From positions 45,781,596 through 45,821,397 of the forward strand of contig NC_068982.1 of the NCBI RefSeq assembly GCF_001194135.2: a stretch of 39,802 nucleotides of DNA, read 5' to 3'. Numbering within the stretch: position 1 is the first letter of the stretch; every line of letters begins with the position of its first letter. Below the pieces are notes generated by a model. The model made no database searches. It was given only the letters and a program-made list of their open reading frames with translations, and was not told where the DNA came from. This document shows positions 1 to 11,324 of the stretch, piece by piece. Position numbers and translations under genes: made by a program. The stretch comes from Octopus bimaculoides (Eukaryota).

Positions 1-120
1 TACTTATTTAATCGACCCCGAAAGGACGGAAAGCAAAGTCGACCTTGGCGGAATTTGAACTCAGAACGTAAAGGCAAACGAAATACTGCTAAACATTTCG
101 CCCGGCCTGTTAACGGTTCT
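1..120 (-). mobile_element. SINE family A, partial copy (runs off window start)
   Basis: Reverse complement matches the family-A body seen throughout the window (ttacgttctgagttcaaattccgccaaggtcgactttgc); 1-86 is identical to 218-303. Confidence 0.85.
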
Positions 121-121
121 T

Positions 122-352
122 ATTTCTTTATTGTTCACAAGGGGCTAAACATAGAGGGGACAAACAATGACAGACAAAGGGATTAAGTCGATTATATCGA
201 TCCCAGTGCGTAACTGGTACTTATTTAATCGACCCCGAAAGGACGGAAAGCAAAGTCGACCTTGGCGGAATTTGAACTCAGAACGTAAAGGCAAACGAAA
301 TACCGCGAAGCATTTCGCCCGGCGTGCTAACGTTTCTGCCAGCTCACCGCCT
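122..352 (-). mobile_element. SINE family A, near full length
   Basis: Minus strand reads aggcggtgagctggcagaaacgttagcacgccgggcgaaatg...gagttcaaattcc, with A-box-like TGGCAGAA and B-box-like GTTCAAATTCC; many homologous copies in the window. Confidence 0.9.
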
Positions 353-1224
353 TAGTTGGGTTGATATATTGTTAGGAGAGAATGCCTTTTAAAAATATAT
401 TCTTTGTTATACATTTCACACATTAAAAAGCGAACGTACTCTAGAAAGCCTTACATACAAATTGTCCATGAGAGAATATAGCTTCCACTTCTCTTCATTT
501 TCTTCCATTGTGACTATGTCGTTAAAATTATTGCAATTATGTTGAAATAGGTTAGTGTATAATAAACACTCAAACAATATCAACAATCTGAAAACATCAA
601 AGACAGAAATTATGTATCATATTATAATGCTAGAGCGAGCAGACTTTATTGCTAAAAACTTTGACAAATACTACACTATATTCGTATGGGAGAATCGTGC
701 ATGTGACTGGACTTGAAGGCTTGAAACCACCGATTCAGAGAACAAAGTACACCAGTAGGTATAGTGGCTATGACATTCCAAGCACACATACATACGTATG
801 TACGTATATATGTGTATATAAAGCATATATATCCTACTTTGATGAACAATGTAGATAATACTCTTTATTAAAGAATTACGTGTAACATATATTGTATGTG
901 GGGGAGATTGTGTCATCGACGATTTTCCATAGGTACAGTGTTAAGTTGATGACCGAAGCTAAATAACGTTGTACAATGGACAGTATGTTTTGAATCACAT
1001 AGTCAATGTTTGTCGTTCTTATGTATTTAATATACAAGCTGAATTAAATGTATGTATGTATGTATGTATGTATGTAACGAGAGAAAGGAACGTGAGCTAT
1101 AAAAGCAATTTGTTGATGCACCTCATAAGGCCTTGAACGGTAAAGTTTATCTGAACGTTAAAGTTGTTGCACACTCTATCTATCTATCTATCTATACATA
1201 CATACATACATACATATACATATA

Positions 1225-1274
<50 letters not shown>

Positions 1275-1564
1275 AGAGAGAGAGAAAGAGTGAGGGGTAG
1301 ACAGATCGGTAGAAGAGAAGAAAAAATAGCATTGGTCATGCAGGAATGGTCAATTTTTTCCTGCAAACATCGACATTTAGAAAGTTCTGGAAAACAATTT
1401 TTTTTTCAAACCAATTTCCTTGATGTGTTTATTGATTTATTTGTTCTAATTATTTATCTACTTGTTTGATGTTCTGCTTAAAAAAAATTGTTCAAAATTT
1501 CATGATTTTTGTGACTTTAATTGTTTGTACAACTAGATACGCACCATGCTTCCAGAACACTTAG

Positions 1565-1755
1565 TATATGTTGTCTCTATGCGGCTACTTAGATCTGCTA
1601 GAAATAACAACAAAATCGCCATAAAATCATAACGTTACTGTCTTAAGTAAGGGAACAACACATTGCATAGCATGCTCTTAGACACACTAGAGTCAAAAAA
1701 GGAAGACAGATCGATCACAGCTCTCGATCATAATTGTAATTGTTTAATCAGAGAT
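1565..1755 (+). mobile_element. Dispersed repeat family E, degenerate
   Basis: ctatgcggctacttagatctgctagaaataacaacaaaatc core, also at about 10660 (+), about 33990 (-) and in each satellite monomer. Class unknown. Confidence 0.55.
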
Positions 1756-1859
1756 TATCTTTTCTAAGCCCAACCCACCGCCGCCGATGCTTCTACTACT
1801 GCTACTCAACTACTACTACTACTGCTGCTCCCCTCCTCCTTCCCCTTAAAATTTACACT

Positions 1860-1933
1860 GTGAACGTAGCAACGGGCGAAATACTGCTAAGCATTTCGTC
1901 CAGCGCGCTAACGATTCGGTCAGCTCGCTGCCT
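1860..1933 (-). mobile_element. SINE family A head fragment
   Basis: gaaatactgctaagcatttcgtccagcgcgctaacgattcggtcagctcgctgcctt is the reverse complement of the family-A head. Confidence 0.8.
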
Positions 1934-1965
1934 TAATAATAATAATGATCATGATAATAATAATG

Positions 1966-2044
<79 letters not shown>

Positions 2045-2062
2045 TAACGATGATGATTATAA
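1933..2062. repeat. (AAT)n microsatellite
   Basis: About 40 aat/gat triplets; source of the poly-Asn ORF 1740..2081. Confidence 0.95.
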
Positions 2063-2530
2063 TGCATTATTAATTAATTAACAAACCCTTCACCTGAACT
2101 ATAGAGCTATATTATTTATGTAACATTTCATAATGGACATTTAGCCATTTCTGGTTCCGCGTCTCTTAAGTAGATCTGCTTAATCATGGTTGAATTGGGG
2201 TTAACTGACAATAACAGCAACAACAATGACAACATTAACAAAACAACAACATGGTAGAGGTAAGATTGCTAATACAGATACTTTCCAAATGGGTATTTCT
2301 CCTCAGTGTACGTTGCTTTGTTCCTTTAGACAATTAGAAGGTGTAACCTTTGTTCCAAAATGGAAGCTTATTGCACAAGCATTCATTAATAGTAGACAAC
2401 GACTCAGACAGAGCTAGATGTGTAGCATTATTCTTGCTAAGTGACTTCATCTCTTGGGTCAGCCTTTGTTATAATATACAATAGCTAGGCAATAAATATC
2501 TAAAGAATGAACTGAACCAGCTATGAGGTA

Positions 2531-2748
2531 CGAGGAAGTGTTGAAACGTTCCTCGCTTAGGGTAAAAAAAAAATACAGCAGGATCAGTTAATTATGATTT
2601 TATTCAACATATACCACTCTCAGATTCATACGCTTATTGCTGTGGCCCTTCAGTTTTTCTCAGCCCTGTAAAAGAACTCGGATGGTTGCGCCTCCAGCCT
2701 CGCCTTTCGCGACACCTTTAAAGCCAGGAACGTTTCAGCACTCCCTCG
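2531..2748. mobile_element. Non-autonomous Tc1/mariner-type MITE (218 bp)
   Basis: 28-bp TIRs: cgaggaagtgttgaaacgttcctcgctt (2531-2558) vs reverse complement of 2721-2748, cgagggagtgctgaaacgttcctggctt (3 mismatches); TA on both outer sides (2529-30, 2749-50). Confidence 0.85.
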
Positions 2749-3075
2749 TATGTGGTGGATGTTAAAATGAACATAATGTGAATCATAACTAACTTTCTGT
2801 GTCGTATGACTGCCTCGTAAACAATAAAGATTACACACTCACACACGTACGCATGGTCATATATACATCAACGCATCTATTCTTTTATTCAGGCACCACA
2901 ATGAAGGGTATATTCGTTCACATTGATCTCATTATTATTTCTTTTAAAGTCTGGAGTATATCGATCATGTATTTGTTGAATCACAAAAGTAAGGGACATA
3001 CGTAATCAAAAGTAAACACAGACAACACAAAGATACAGACTTACGCGCGCGTGCACACACATATAAAAATATACA

Positions 3076-3400
3076 AGTGTATGAGACCAACTCAAGGCCA
3101 CTCTCCTCCGCTGCTCCATTGACCCAAATACCTAGGAGACAGTCGCTAAGGACCTCCCTAAATGGCGGCATGTCATCATCAAGGGAAAGGACCAGATGTA
3201 AATTAACAGACGTCAAGAGGCAGAAATCGAAGAGCGACTCGCACACCTCGTCCTCTGCCAACCCTTCCCAGCGATAAATGCCCCCGGCTTTTCTATACTG
3301 TCCTTGACCCGAACAGCCACCTCAGGCTCGGCACCCTTCGCACCCGTCAGGATGAAGAATCTCAATCACTCACTACAGATTAACTACTCGGATGCGATTT
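3076..3400 (+). mobile_element. RTE-clade LINE, decayed 3' end of ORF2
   Basis: One + frame reads DQLKATLLRCSIDPNT*ETVAKDLPKWRHVIIKGKDQM*INRRQEAE, matching the RTE C-terminal pattern (KD.LK..L..C.ID...WE..A.DR..WR); premature stops and frameshifts. Confidence 0.7.
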
Positions 3401-3542
3401 AATGTCGACGACGACAATTATATACTTATATTCTTATGTTGTTCATCATCACAGCTATATTTAAATAGATTACAGTTTAGCCAATTCACTATATATCGTG
3501 CCAAAAGTGTTTATTATTTACTTAATGACGAACACTCTAAGG

Positions 3543-3905
3543 CCAGGGTCAGCGAAACGGGATAAATTACCCCAAGCAGTGTAATAATGAAATTCTTGGG
3601 GGTAATGAGGACTCATAGGACATAAGTAAAAATATATAAAAACGTATTCTTTGTTACAACAGGAATTCTTCTTCTGCAACACTGCATCTGTCCAAAGTAA
3701 TGGACGTGTAAATAAGTTCATATAGATTCATACAAGTTCAATATATAAGTTCATATAGATTCATATAAGTTCAATAAAATATATTCAATAAACCTTTTGA
3801 ATTCAAGGAATTTATGATTTTCTTACTTTCAAACTAAGTGGATGACATCGGTGTAAATAAATATATTTTGGGGTAATTAGTTTTAAAAAAGTTCCCTGAC
3901 CCCTG
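3543..3905. mobile_element. hAT (Charlie-like) MITE, 363 bp
   Basis: Left end ccagggtcagcgaa vs reverse complement of right end caggggtcagggaa; subterminal aattacccc/ggggtaatt inverted pair; 8-bp TSD ctctaagg (3535-42) / ctctaaag (3906-13). Confidence 0.65.
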
Positions 3906-4254
3906 CTCTAAAGCATGAACAAGCAAATTAAGTTATCCAGCGTGATGAATGTTTTGATATACAACTGTTTTATAAAGTGGTTGAATCATCTATTCCAGAG
4001 ATTGAAGGAGGTTGGGTACTTCTCTGAGGAGTGATCGACAAATTTGACACGGTTGGCTAGGAGACACACCGCTCTTTCTTCTGCACATCATCACTCCTAA
4101 GCTTTTCTTTTATATCTAAATCTATTTCAATTCTCCTCAACCCCTGATTCATGATGCGTTGTACATTTTGTATATACATTATACTCTAGACACATACATA
4201 CATACAAACATACATACATACATACATACATACATACATACATACATAGTAAGT

Positions 4255-4500
4255 AAAGCTACCTTCTCGAGTCATGTCGAGTCATAAAGGTCAGTTTCCC
4301 GGTTTTATGGCGTATATATTCCCCACCTGGACGGGATGCCGGTTTTTCGCAGGATTGCTCATTTTTGCCAGCTGAGTCGACTGAAGCAACGTGAAATGAA
4401 ATGTTTTCCTCAAGAAAGAACACATCGCCCGGTTCAGGAATCGAAACCACAATCTTAAGATCATGAGTTCCACACTCTAACCCCTAAGCCACGTGTCTCT
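4255..4500 (-). mobile_element. SINE family C, tail type 1
   Basis: Minus strand has tRNA-like A box TGGCTTAGGGG and B-box-like GTTTCGATTCC, then core atttcacgttgcttcagtcgactcagctggcaaaaatgag; flanked by (CATA)n tracts. Confidence 0.85.
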
Positions 4501-4609
4501 TCTACATACGTACATACATACATACATACATACATACATACATACATACATACATACACACATATATACATATATCTGTGTGTGTGTGTTTATCTATATG
4601 AAAACGACT

Positions 4610-4740
4610 ATAAAACGATGCCCAGCGGCATGTATTCAGACCCGTTATGTTCTGAGTTGAAATCCCGCTTTGGCCAGATTTGCCTTTAATCTCTTCGAGG
4701 TCAATAAAATGGAGAACCAGTCATGCAGTGGAGTCGATGT
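4610..4740 (+). mobile_element. SINE family A, degenerate partial
   Basis: gttctgagttgaaatcccgc...tttgcctttaatctcttcgaggtcaataaaat aligns to the family-A body. Confidence 0.7.
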
Positions 4741-4756
4741 CTGCGTGTGTCTGTGT

Positions 4757-4796
<40 letters not shown>

Positions 4797-4959
4797 AGAG
4801 AGAGAGAGACAGAGAGACACAGAGACACAGAGAAATATATATATATTTATATATATATTCTTTTTTATTCATTTTTTTCATCATGTTGAACCGTTAATCC
4901 CTACTTATTTCTTTTGTCTCTCTGTTTTCTATTTTTCCCTCGCTCTCTCTCCATTTTCC

Positions 4960-5050
4960 CCCTCTAAACCGTTTCTATCGAAGAGCATAGGTTCGAAACG
5001 TCAAAGACTTTTCCAGTCTTCTCGAGCGTCAGACTAAGACATCTGCTTGT
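4960..5050 (+). mobile_element. Possible Penelope-like element terminus with degenerate hammerhead motif
   Basis: ctatcga-a-gagc-atag-gttc-gaaacgtc: hairpin, GAAAC and GTC; the first core has 2 mismatches to CTGANGA. Confidence 0.35.
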
Positions 5051-5271
5051 TTCCTCACCTATTGATAGATAGAGGAATAGATAAAAAATACACGAATGAG
5101 TAAACAAATGAGCAGAAGTAGTACTTATGTCATTGGAATTGTACTTATTGAGTAATAGGTCGCCCTCGCTTCTCAAGTTACTTAATGTTTCTTAATGAGC
5201 TGGTCGTGTGTTTTTGACGTCCAAGAAACTGTAGCGAACTCAGCCTTTAACACAAGCGGTTGTTTACTATA

Positions 5272-5400
5272 TTTTACTCACATGATATTGATCCTCCCGA
5301 GGCTATAATAGAAGACAGGACACTCGCTCAAAGTGTCACACAGTGAGACCGAACCCGAAACCGCGTGGTTGCTAAGTGAATTTTTTTTACCGAACAATCA
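5272..5400 (-). mobile_element. SINE family B head fragment
   Basis: cccgaggctataatagaagac...aaagtgtcacacagtgagaccgaaccc...gtggttg matches the reverse complement of the family-B head. Confidence 0.7.
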
Positions 5401-6089
5401 AGCTTATACTTCTACATATAAGCATGCATACATACATGACATAGGACTGGCGGCAAAATCGATTATCGTTATCAAAAATATAAAATCAATTTTCTTTGCT
5501 TTTAGAACTTTACTATATTGCTGCAAACATTCAGCTTTCAATATAATACAATGCTACCACACAGCTCACTCTCTCTCTCACACATAGTCTGCACCTAACT
5601 TTAAATACGGTTCACAAAAATTAATAAATTTTTGGAGATAATCAGCAATGAACTCGATATAATATAATTTTAAATTTATTAAAGATAATATGCCGCCCTT
5701 TCTACAGTATGTATATATATGCATAACAGTGGTTGCATATTTGCATGTGTTTGAGCATAATGTATAGAGATAGAATGCGAGCATATAATGTGTGTCTGTA
5801 GACATTTATATAGCCAGCTATACATGTATACAGAAATACATTATTTTCTGAAAGGTAGTGTGAATTATACAATAGTATGTTCTATATAGTAATGGATGTA
5901 TCAAGAAAAGTATGGTATCAATGCAATGTAGATATGAAGTGCAAATAAATAACAGTATAATAGTTGATTGATAATTTTCACTAAACTGGAACAAAATATG
6001 ATTATACACAGTTTATGATTATACGGGCTTAAAATTTACACTCACTTAACTATATGAAAACCTACTTATCTACCTATCTACCTACATGT

Positions 6090-6597
6090 GAAGGTGCGTG
6101 GTTTAGTGGTTTGGGTTATAGGCGGTAGGCTGTGTCCTTAAGTATGACACCTTATTTCACGTCGCTTCAGTCCGCTTAGCGGGCAAAAATGAGTAATACT
6201 TGTATTTCAAAGGGGTGGCCTCGTCACATTCTGTGTCACACTGAATCTCCCTGAGAAATACGATAAAGGTACGCAGGAGTGGCTGTGTTGGAAGTAGCTT
6301 GCTTACAAACCACATGGGTCCGGGTTCAGTCCCACTGCGTGGCACCATGGGCAAGTGACTTCTACTATGGCCTCAGGCCGACGAAAGTCTTGTGAGTGGA
6401 TTTGGTAGACAGAAACTATAAGAAGCCCATCAGGTATGTGTGTATGTGTGTGTGTATATATATNNNNNNNNNNNNNNNNNNNNNNNNNNNNNNNNNNNNN
6501 NNNNNNNNNNNNNNNNNNNNNNNNNNNNNNNNNNNNNNNNNNNNNNNNNNNNNNNNNNNNNNNNNNNNNNNNNNNNNNNNNNNNNNNNNNNNNNNNN

Positions 6598-6641
<44 letters not shown>

Positions 6642-7022
6642 TAGAGAGAGATAGATAGATAGAGAGATAGATAGATAGATAGATAGATAGATATATGTAT
6701 GTATGTATATATGCGTGTTTATGTTTGTGTGTGTGTGTGTTTGTCCCCCCCAATATCGCTTGTCAATCGATGCTGGTGTGTTTACGTCTCCGTAACTTAG
6801 CAGTTCGGTAAAAGTGCCCTATAGAATAAGTACTAGGCTTACCCAAAATAAGTCCTGGGGTCGATTTGCTCGACTAAAGGCGGTACTCCAGCATGGCCGC
6901 AGTCAAATGACTGAAACAAGTAAAAGAATAAACGAATACCTGTAGAGTGCTCAGCCACATGCACGTTCCGTTGTTTGGATCAAATGGAACCCCCTTCGTC
7001 GTAACGGACGGAGTGGCAGTTA
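6090..7022 (+). mobile_element. SINE family C (tail type 2) interrupted by a family-B SINE
   Basis: C head and core run 6090 to about 6271 (ending gaatctccctgagaaatacgataaaggtac); the sequence resumes at about 6937 (tgtagagtgctcagccac...gtaacggacggagtggca), collinear with the intact copy at 14822-15152. Confidence 0.8.
6272..6932 (+). mobile_element. SINE family B with expanded internal microsatellite (contains N-gap 6464-6597)
   Basis: Head gcaggagtggctgtgttggaag...gggttcagtcccactgcgtggcacc; internal (TG)/(TA)/(AG)/(GATA) tract; tail ...catggccgcagtcaaatgactgaaacaagtaaaaga. Confidence 0.9.
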
Positions 7023-7089
7023 TTTAACTACATACTTGTATACACACACACACATATACGCCTGCCTGAGGGTTACTCATGTACACGCG

Positions 7090-7124
<35 letters not shown>

Positions 7125-7134
7125 NNNNNNNNNN

Positions 7135-7175
<41 letters not shown>

Positions 7176-7620
7176 TCATATATAAGTCAAGACACAAATT
7201 TCTACACATAATATGCATTGTTCTTATTAGTATCTTAAAGGAGAAATGACAGAGCTCGTGGCCCTTTTTCCTTTTTTCAGAGAATCCCTGGCTGACTGGA
7301 GCGAGCAAAGCCGTAAGTTAAGACACCGGAGGCCCAGATAAAGACAGATATATTATTGCGGTCTGTTACCTTATGTTTTTCACTTTTGGATTTACCGTTG
7401 CTTTTGTTAATAAGACGTGTCTGTCTATTGTTACTTAATCTTTTCATATTTTGTGTAGTTCTTTGGTTCCTAAATAGTTTTAAGTCTGTGTTTAAACTAA
7501 TTCTCTTATCTCTCTCTTTTCTTTTATCTAACTTGATATCCCTAGTGTTATAAATTAAATTTTTCCTCTTGAATTTTGCATGCCATATTTTTGTTAATCC
7601 GAATGTCGTAAGAATTCAGT

Positions 7621-7800
7621 ATGTTTAGTGGCAAAAGTACTGAGTGTAACAAGGACAGTAGCGACAACAGTGACAGCTGCGATAGAAGTGACAGCCGCGA
7701 CAGCTTCGACAGTAGCAGCACTGACCGCAGTAAAGTTAACGATAACAGTAGATTCAGTAGCAGCAATAACGGATGTAGCAACATGCTATCAGGAACAATA
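7621..7800. repeat. Degenerate GACAGY/AGCAGC low-complexity repeat
   Basis: gacagtagcgacaacagtgacagctgcgatagaagtgacagccgcgacagc...; gives a Ser/Asp-rich ORF on + and a Leu/Ser-rich ORF on -. Confidence 0.7.
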
Positions 7801-8019
7801 ATTAGATCTTCTTTGATGGAGTAGTCTCCACCAGAGAACTATACAGTCTATCCCTTGAAGATAATCAGATGCTGCTCGATTTTGGAAATACGAGAAGAGA
7901 AAAGTAGAGTCTACGTCTCCTCAAACTTTTGCTTCCACTGCTAGAAAGACTCTATCTAGTATATCGCTGCATTAGTTTAGCAACACGTCGATTGGAGGCA
8001 GCCAATAACCAACAATTAC

Positions 8020-8480
8020 ATGGGTCCTTCGTGATGTATGGCAAGATATAGAATATGTAACTTGGGCAAGGAAGTTCAGCGGGGTCGAGGCGCAGTTTAA
8101 ATCTAAGGCCATCACACTGCAGCGTTCAGTTATCGCCCGCCGCAGCAACAAATCTGCTCTTACCCTACATATTTGAGAAAAAAGTTGGCAAAGGTAACAA
8201 TACCAGGGATACTAACAGAGCTAGATCTTTCGTAGATATTGGCATGCATTGTTGTGATGAAGAGCGAAACTTTACTGGCTGTGAAGAGAAAGAAACAGAA
8301 GAATTGGTTTAGGACTATAATGGAGAGCCGTTTCCGTGTAAAGTCTATGCACAGGGAAAGGATAGTAGACCTCACCTCTCTGTCATGTGGGGCGGAAGTA
8401 AGAGTAATCGTGGCGGACAAACGGCCGAGATGGCACGTCTGTGGGACAACAGGCTATCTCAAGGCCGACAATCAAATAGG
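8020..8480 (+). mobile_element. Possible fossil non-LTR retrotransposon ORF1 (gag-like)
   Basis: Locally higher GC. One frame reads LAKVTIPGILTELDLS*ILACIVV...AEVRVIVADKRPRWHVCGTTGYLKADN, ending in a decayed CX2CX4HX4C knuckle (W, Y, N at ligand positions). Confidence 0.35.
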
Positions 8481-8994
8481 AAAGGAACAAAGATAAGATT
8501 TGTTGCGTTTTAAAGGCAAACTGAGCGACGAGAAATATGCTAAACTGTATCGGCGCTCTCTTTTCCTTTGACATATATGGTGCGGATCAATTAGAATTGA
8601 ATGAATGGATAACTTCTCCCAAAACATAGTTTGCTCAGGGTGTTCTTTGGAAATGAGTTTGAAGTTTTCAGTTCTCAGGAAATACAACCCTGCTATAAAA
8701 TCGAATATATATATATATATATATAGATTCAAGGTGAATATGGTACTTAAGTTTAGGCACCAGAATTAAGTATGATATCCATACAATTCTAAAATAAGGT
8801 GATTAAAATCAAAATAAGCAACAAGGATATCCAAAGTTAATGCAGTACGATCGTTTCATGCGACTCCATTTATTTAAGCAATGTGAACATTACATCAAAT
8901 GCAAAATGCAGAGCAATCCTCAGCTGCACAAAGATATAGAAATTTACTGAAATTTCATTTCAACAGAAGGACATATTTTTGTAACTACATTTAA

Positions 8995-9085
8995 ACTCTC
9001 CAAGTAGAAAGGAAGAATACAAAAAACCATTTTGATTTAGCCAGACCATACAGGCTAGTGTATTCTTCCTTTCTACTTGAAGAGT
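8995..9085. other. Inverted repeat / hairpin
   Basis: 9001-9021 caagtagaaaggaagaataca is the exact reverse complement of 9059-9079; pairing extends 5 more bp past one mismatch. Confidence 0.9.
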
Positions 9086-9959
9086 ACTGGGTACTGGATG
9101 TTGTTTATGTGAGTCTTGCAGAAGAGGTGAATGCATGACTTGCACTCTTGGAAACTAAGAGAGTGAAAGAAAACCTGTGAGGTCCAGATATTTCTCAAAC
9201 AATAAATGAATGATACAAAATAGTTTAAAAGAGCGGAAAGATGGGCGCTAGGTAAGTTCCCAGAATGGCACTCACGCAAACTTTTTGTATCTATATGCAC
9301 ACACATATGCATCACATATGTGCATGATATATACATATATGTATGTATGTATACGCAAGCATGCGCGTGTACACATACATATTAATTTAGAAGTCCCTTT
9401 CACTGCATTTTCACGCCACTTCCACTCCACGGACCATTTTGCACAATATGTTATCTAGTTTGACATAGTCTTACGCAATCGATCAACTAACTCAAGGTTT
9501 TATTGAGAGTAGCGTTTTGTGTGCGACAGAACACACACACCACACATGCACTCACACTTACACACAATGCACGCACAACACCCATACACACACGCACATG
9601 CACACACATAAGCTTACGGGCATACACAAAAACGCATGACACGAAGAACCACGAACGGGCAGATACTAGTTCTCCAGATCCCTTACAAGCACACACCATT
9701 CCTGTTTGTGTCTTAAACAAACCCTTATAACCCACCTTTCAACTTCTGGTCAGTCAACGGACAGCATGGCTGTTTTCACCGGGATGGCACTTCAAATTTT
9801 GCATTCAAGTTTCTTCTTGCCTTTCTTCCTCTTTTTCTCTATTCTCCGCCTATGTCTGTAACTTTCTAACAATTTACTCTCACCTAAGCGTCAAAGTCAA
9901 ACTAATGTTATTGATTTTTTAACTTAATCTGTCATGTTACTTTTATATTTTGTTCTTCA

Positions 9960-9996
<37 letters not shown>

Positions 9997-10654
9997 AATC
10001 TATCTATCTATCTTTCTACATACATATATACACACACGCACACACATATATATACATACACGCACACACACACACACACACACACAAGCACACACACACA
10101 CACATACATAAAGAGTCTAGAAACTAAATAAACGTAACTTGAAATATAACACTACCTACAAATACTAAGAACCGTAAAAATAAAATCCTCCATCACACTC
10201 ACAGATTAAGTACTATGAATGCCTCTACAGAAGCCCCAAATATCTTCTGAAAAACCATTCACTTCTTCCAGCAACAACACCACCACCACCACCACTACTA
10301 CCATCACCACTACCAACAATAACAACAACAACGACGACAATGATATTACGTCTTCTACTACTACCACTATGACGGTTATTGCGATAAGAAGATCTAGCTG
10401 ATAATGATATTACGCCATTAGAATCATTGAGCTGTTAACATAATGTCTGTTTATCTCTTTTGACGTTTTCACCCGTGTTAGAATTCTTCCATTGTCACCG
10501 AGAACAATGAGAAAGCTTCGTAAACGTATAGCGAATTATAACCACATTGAAACTAGTGGCAAGTTTTGATGTGAGGTTAAAGGTGCAGAACAAGTAAAAC
10601 AACTGTTATAGTAGTGGGATCATATTGATATTTGCAATTTATTTCCACCCGAGT

Positions 10655-10740
10655 GTCTTTGCTTGGTCGATCGACCTGGTAGAATTAGCAACCAAATCTT
10701 CCTCAAATCACATCCAAGCGTGTCTAGACGAAAAAAAAAA
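10655..10740 (+). mobile_element. Dispersed repeat family E fragment
   Basis: gatcgacctggtagaattagcaaccaaatcttcctcaaatcac. Confidence 0.6.
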
Positions 10741-10887
10741 GAAGTCAACTCGCGAAATAGTGTCGTTTGAGATGACTCCGCGAAATAGTGTCATTACTTC
10801 GATGGTTAGAGCAAGATCAGTTTTGGACTTAGGTCAGCATCGTAAAATTTGACCTGGGTGAAGCGGGGGTGGTACTGCTTTTTTTTT

Positions 10888-11064
10888 TATCTTTTACTTG
10901 TTTCAGACATTAGACTGCGTCTAGATTTTAGCCGAATGAATTGACCTCAGTACTTATTCTATCGGTTATTTTTGCTGAAAGGCTAAGTTTCAGGGACGTA
11001 AACACAGTAACATCAATTGTAAAGTGATGGTGGTGGGTATAAACGCAGACATGAACACACACAC

Positions 11065-11101
<37 letters not shown>

Positions 11102-11220
11102 ACGGCCTTTTTTTAGTTTCCGCCTATCAAATCCGATCTTAAGGTGATATGCAGTGGGACTGAACCGATAACCATGTAGTTGAGAAGCCAGCTCCTAACC
11201 ACACAGCCATGCCTGCACCT
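10888..11220 (-). mobile_element. SINE family B
   Basis: Reverse complement of tail (cttttacttgtttcag), internal (CA)n(TA)n and head (cagtgggactgaacc...ccacacagccatgcctgcacc). Confidence 0.85.
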
Positions 11221-11324
11221 ATTTATTCATTTATTTGTTTGTACATTTTATTTAAAACGTCCTTGTAAAGCTGGTATGTCATAACAAATCGAGGAAAGAA
11301 TAAAAATAACAGAAAATAATGATT

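Noticed and set aside
2229-2417. Apparent 70-nt intron (GTAAGA...ttcctttag)
   Set aside because: Splicing gives a stop in or near the junction in two frames and only a short unrecognised peptide in the third.
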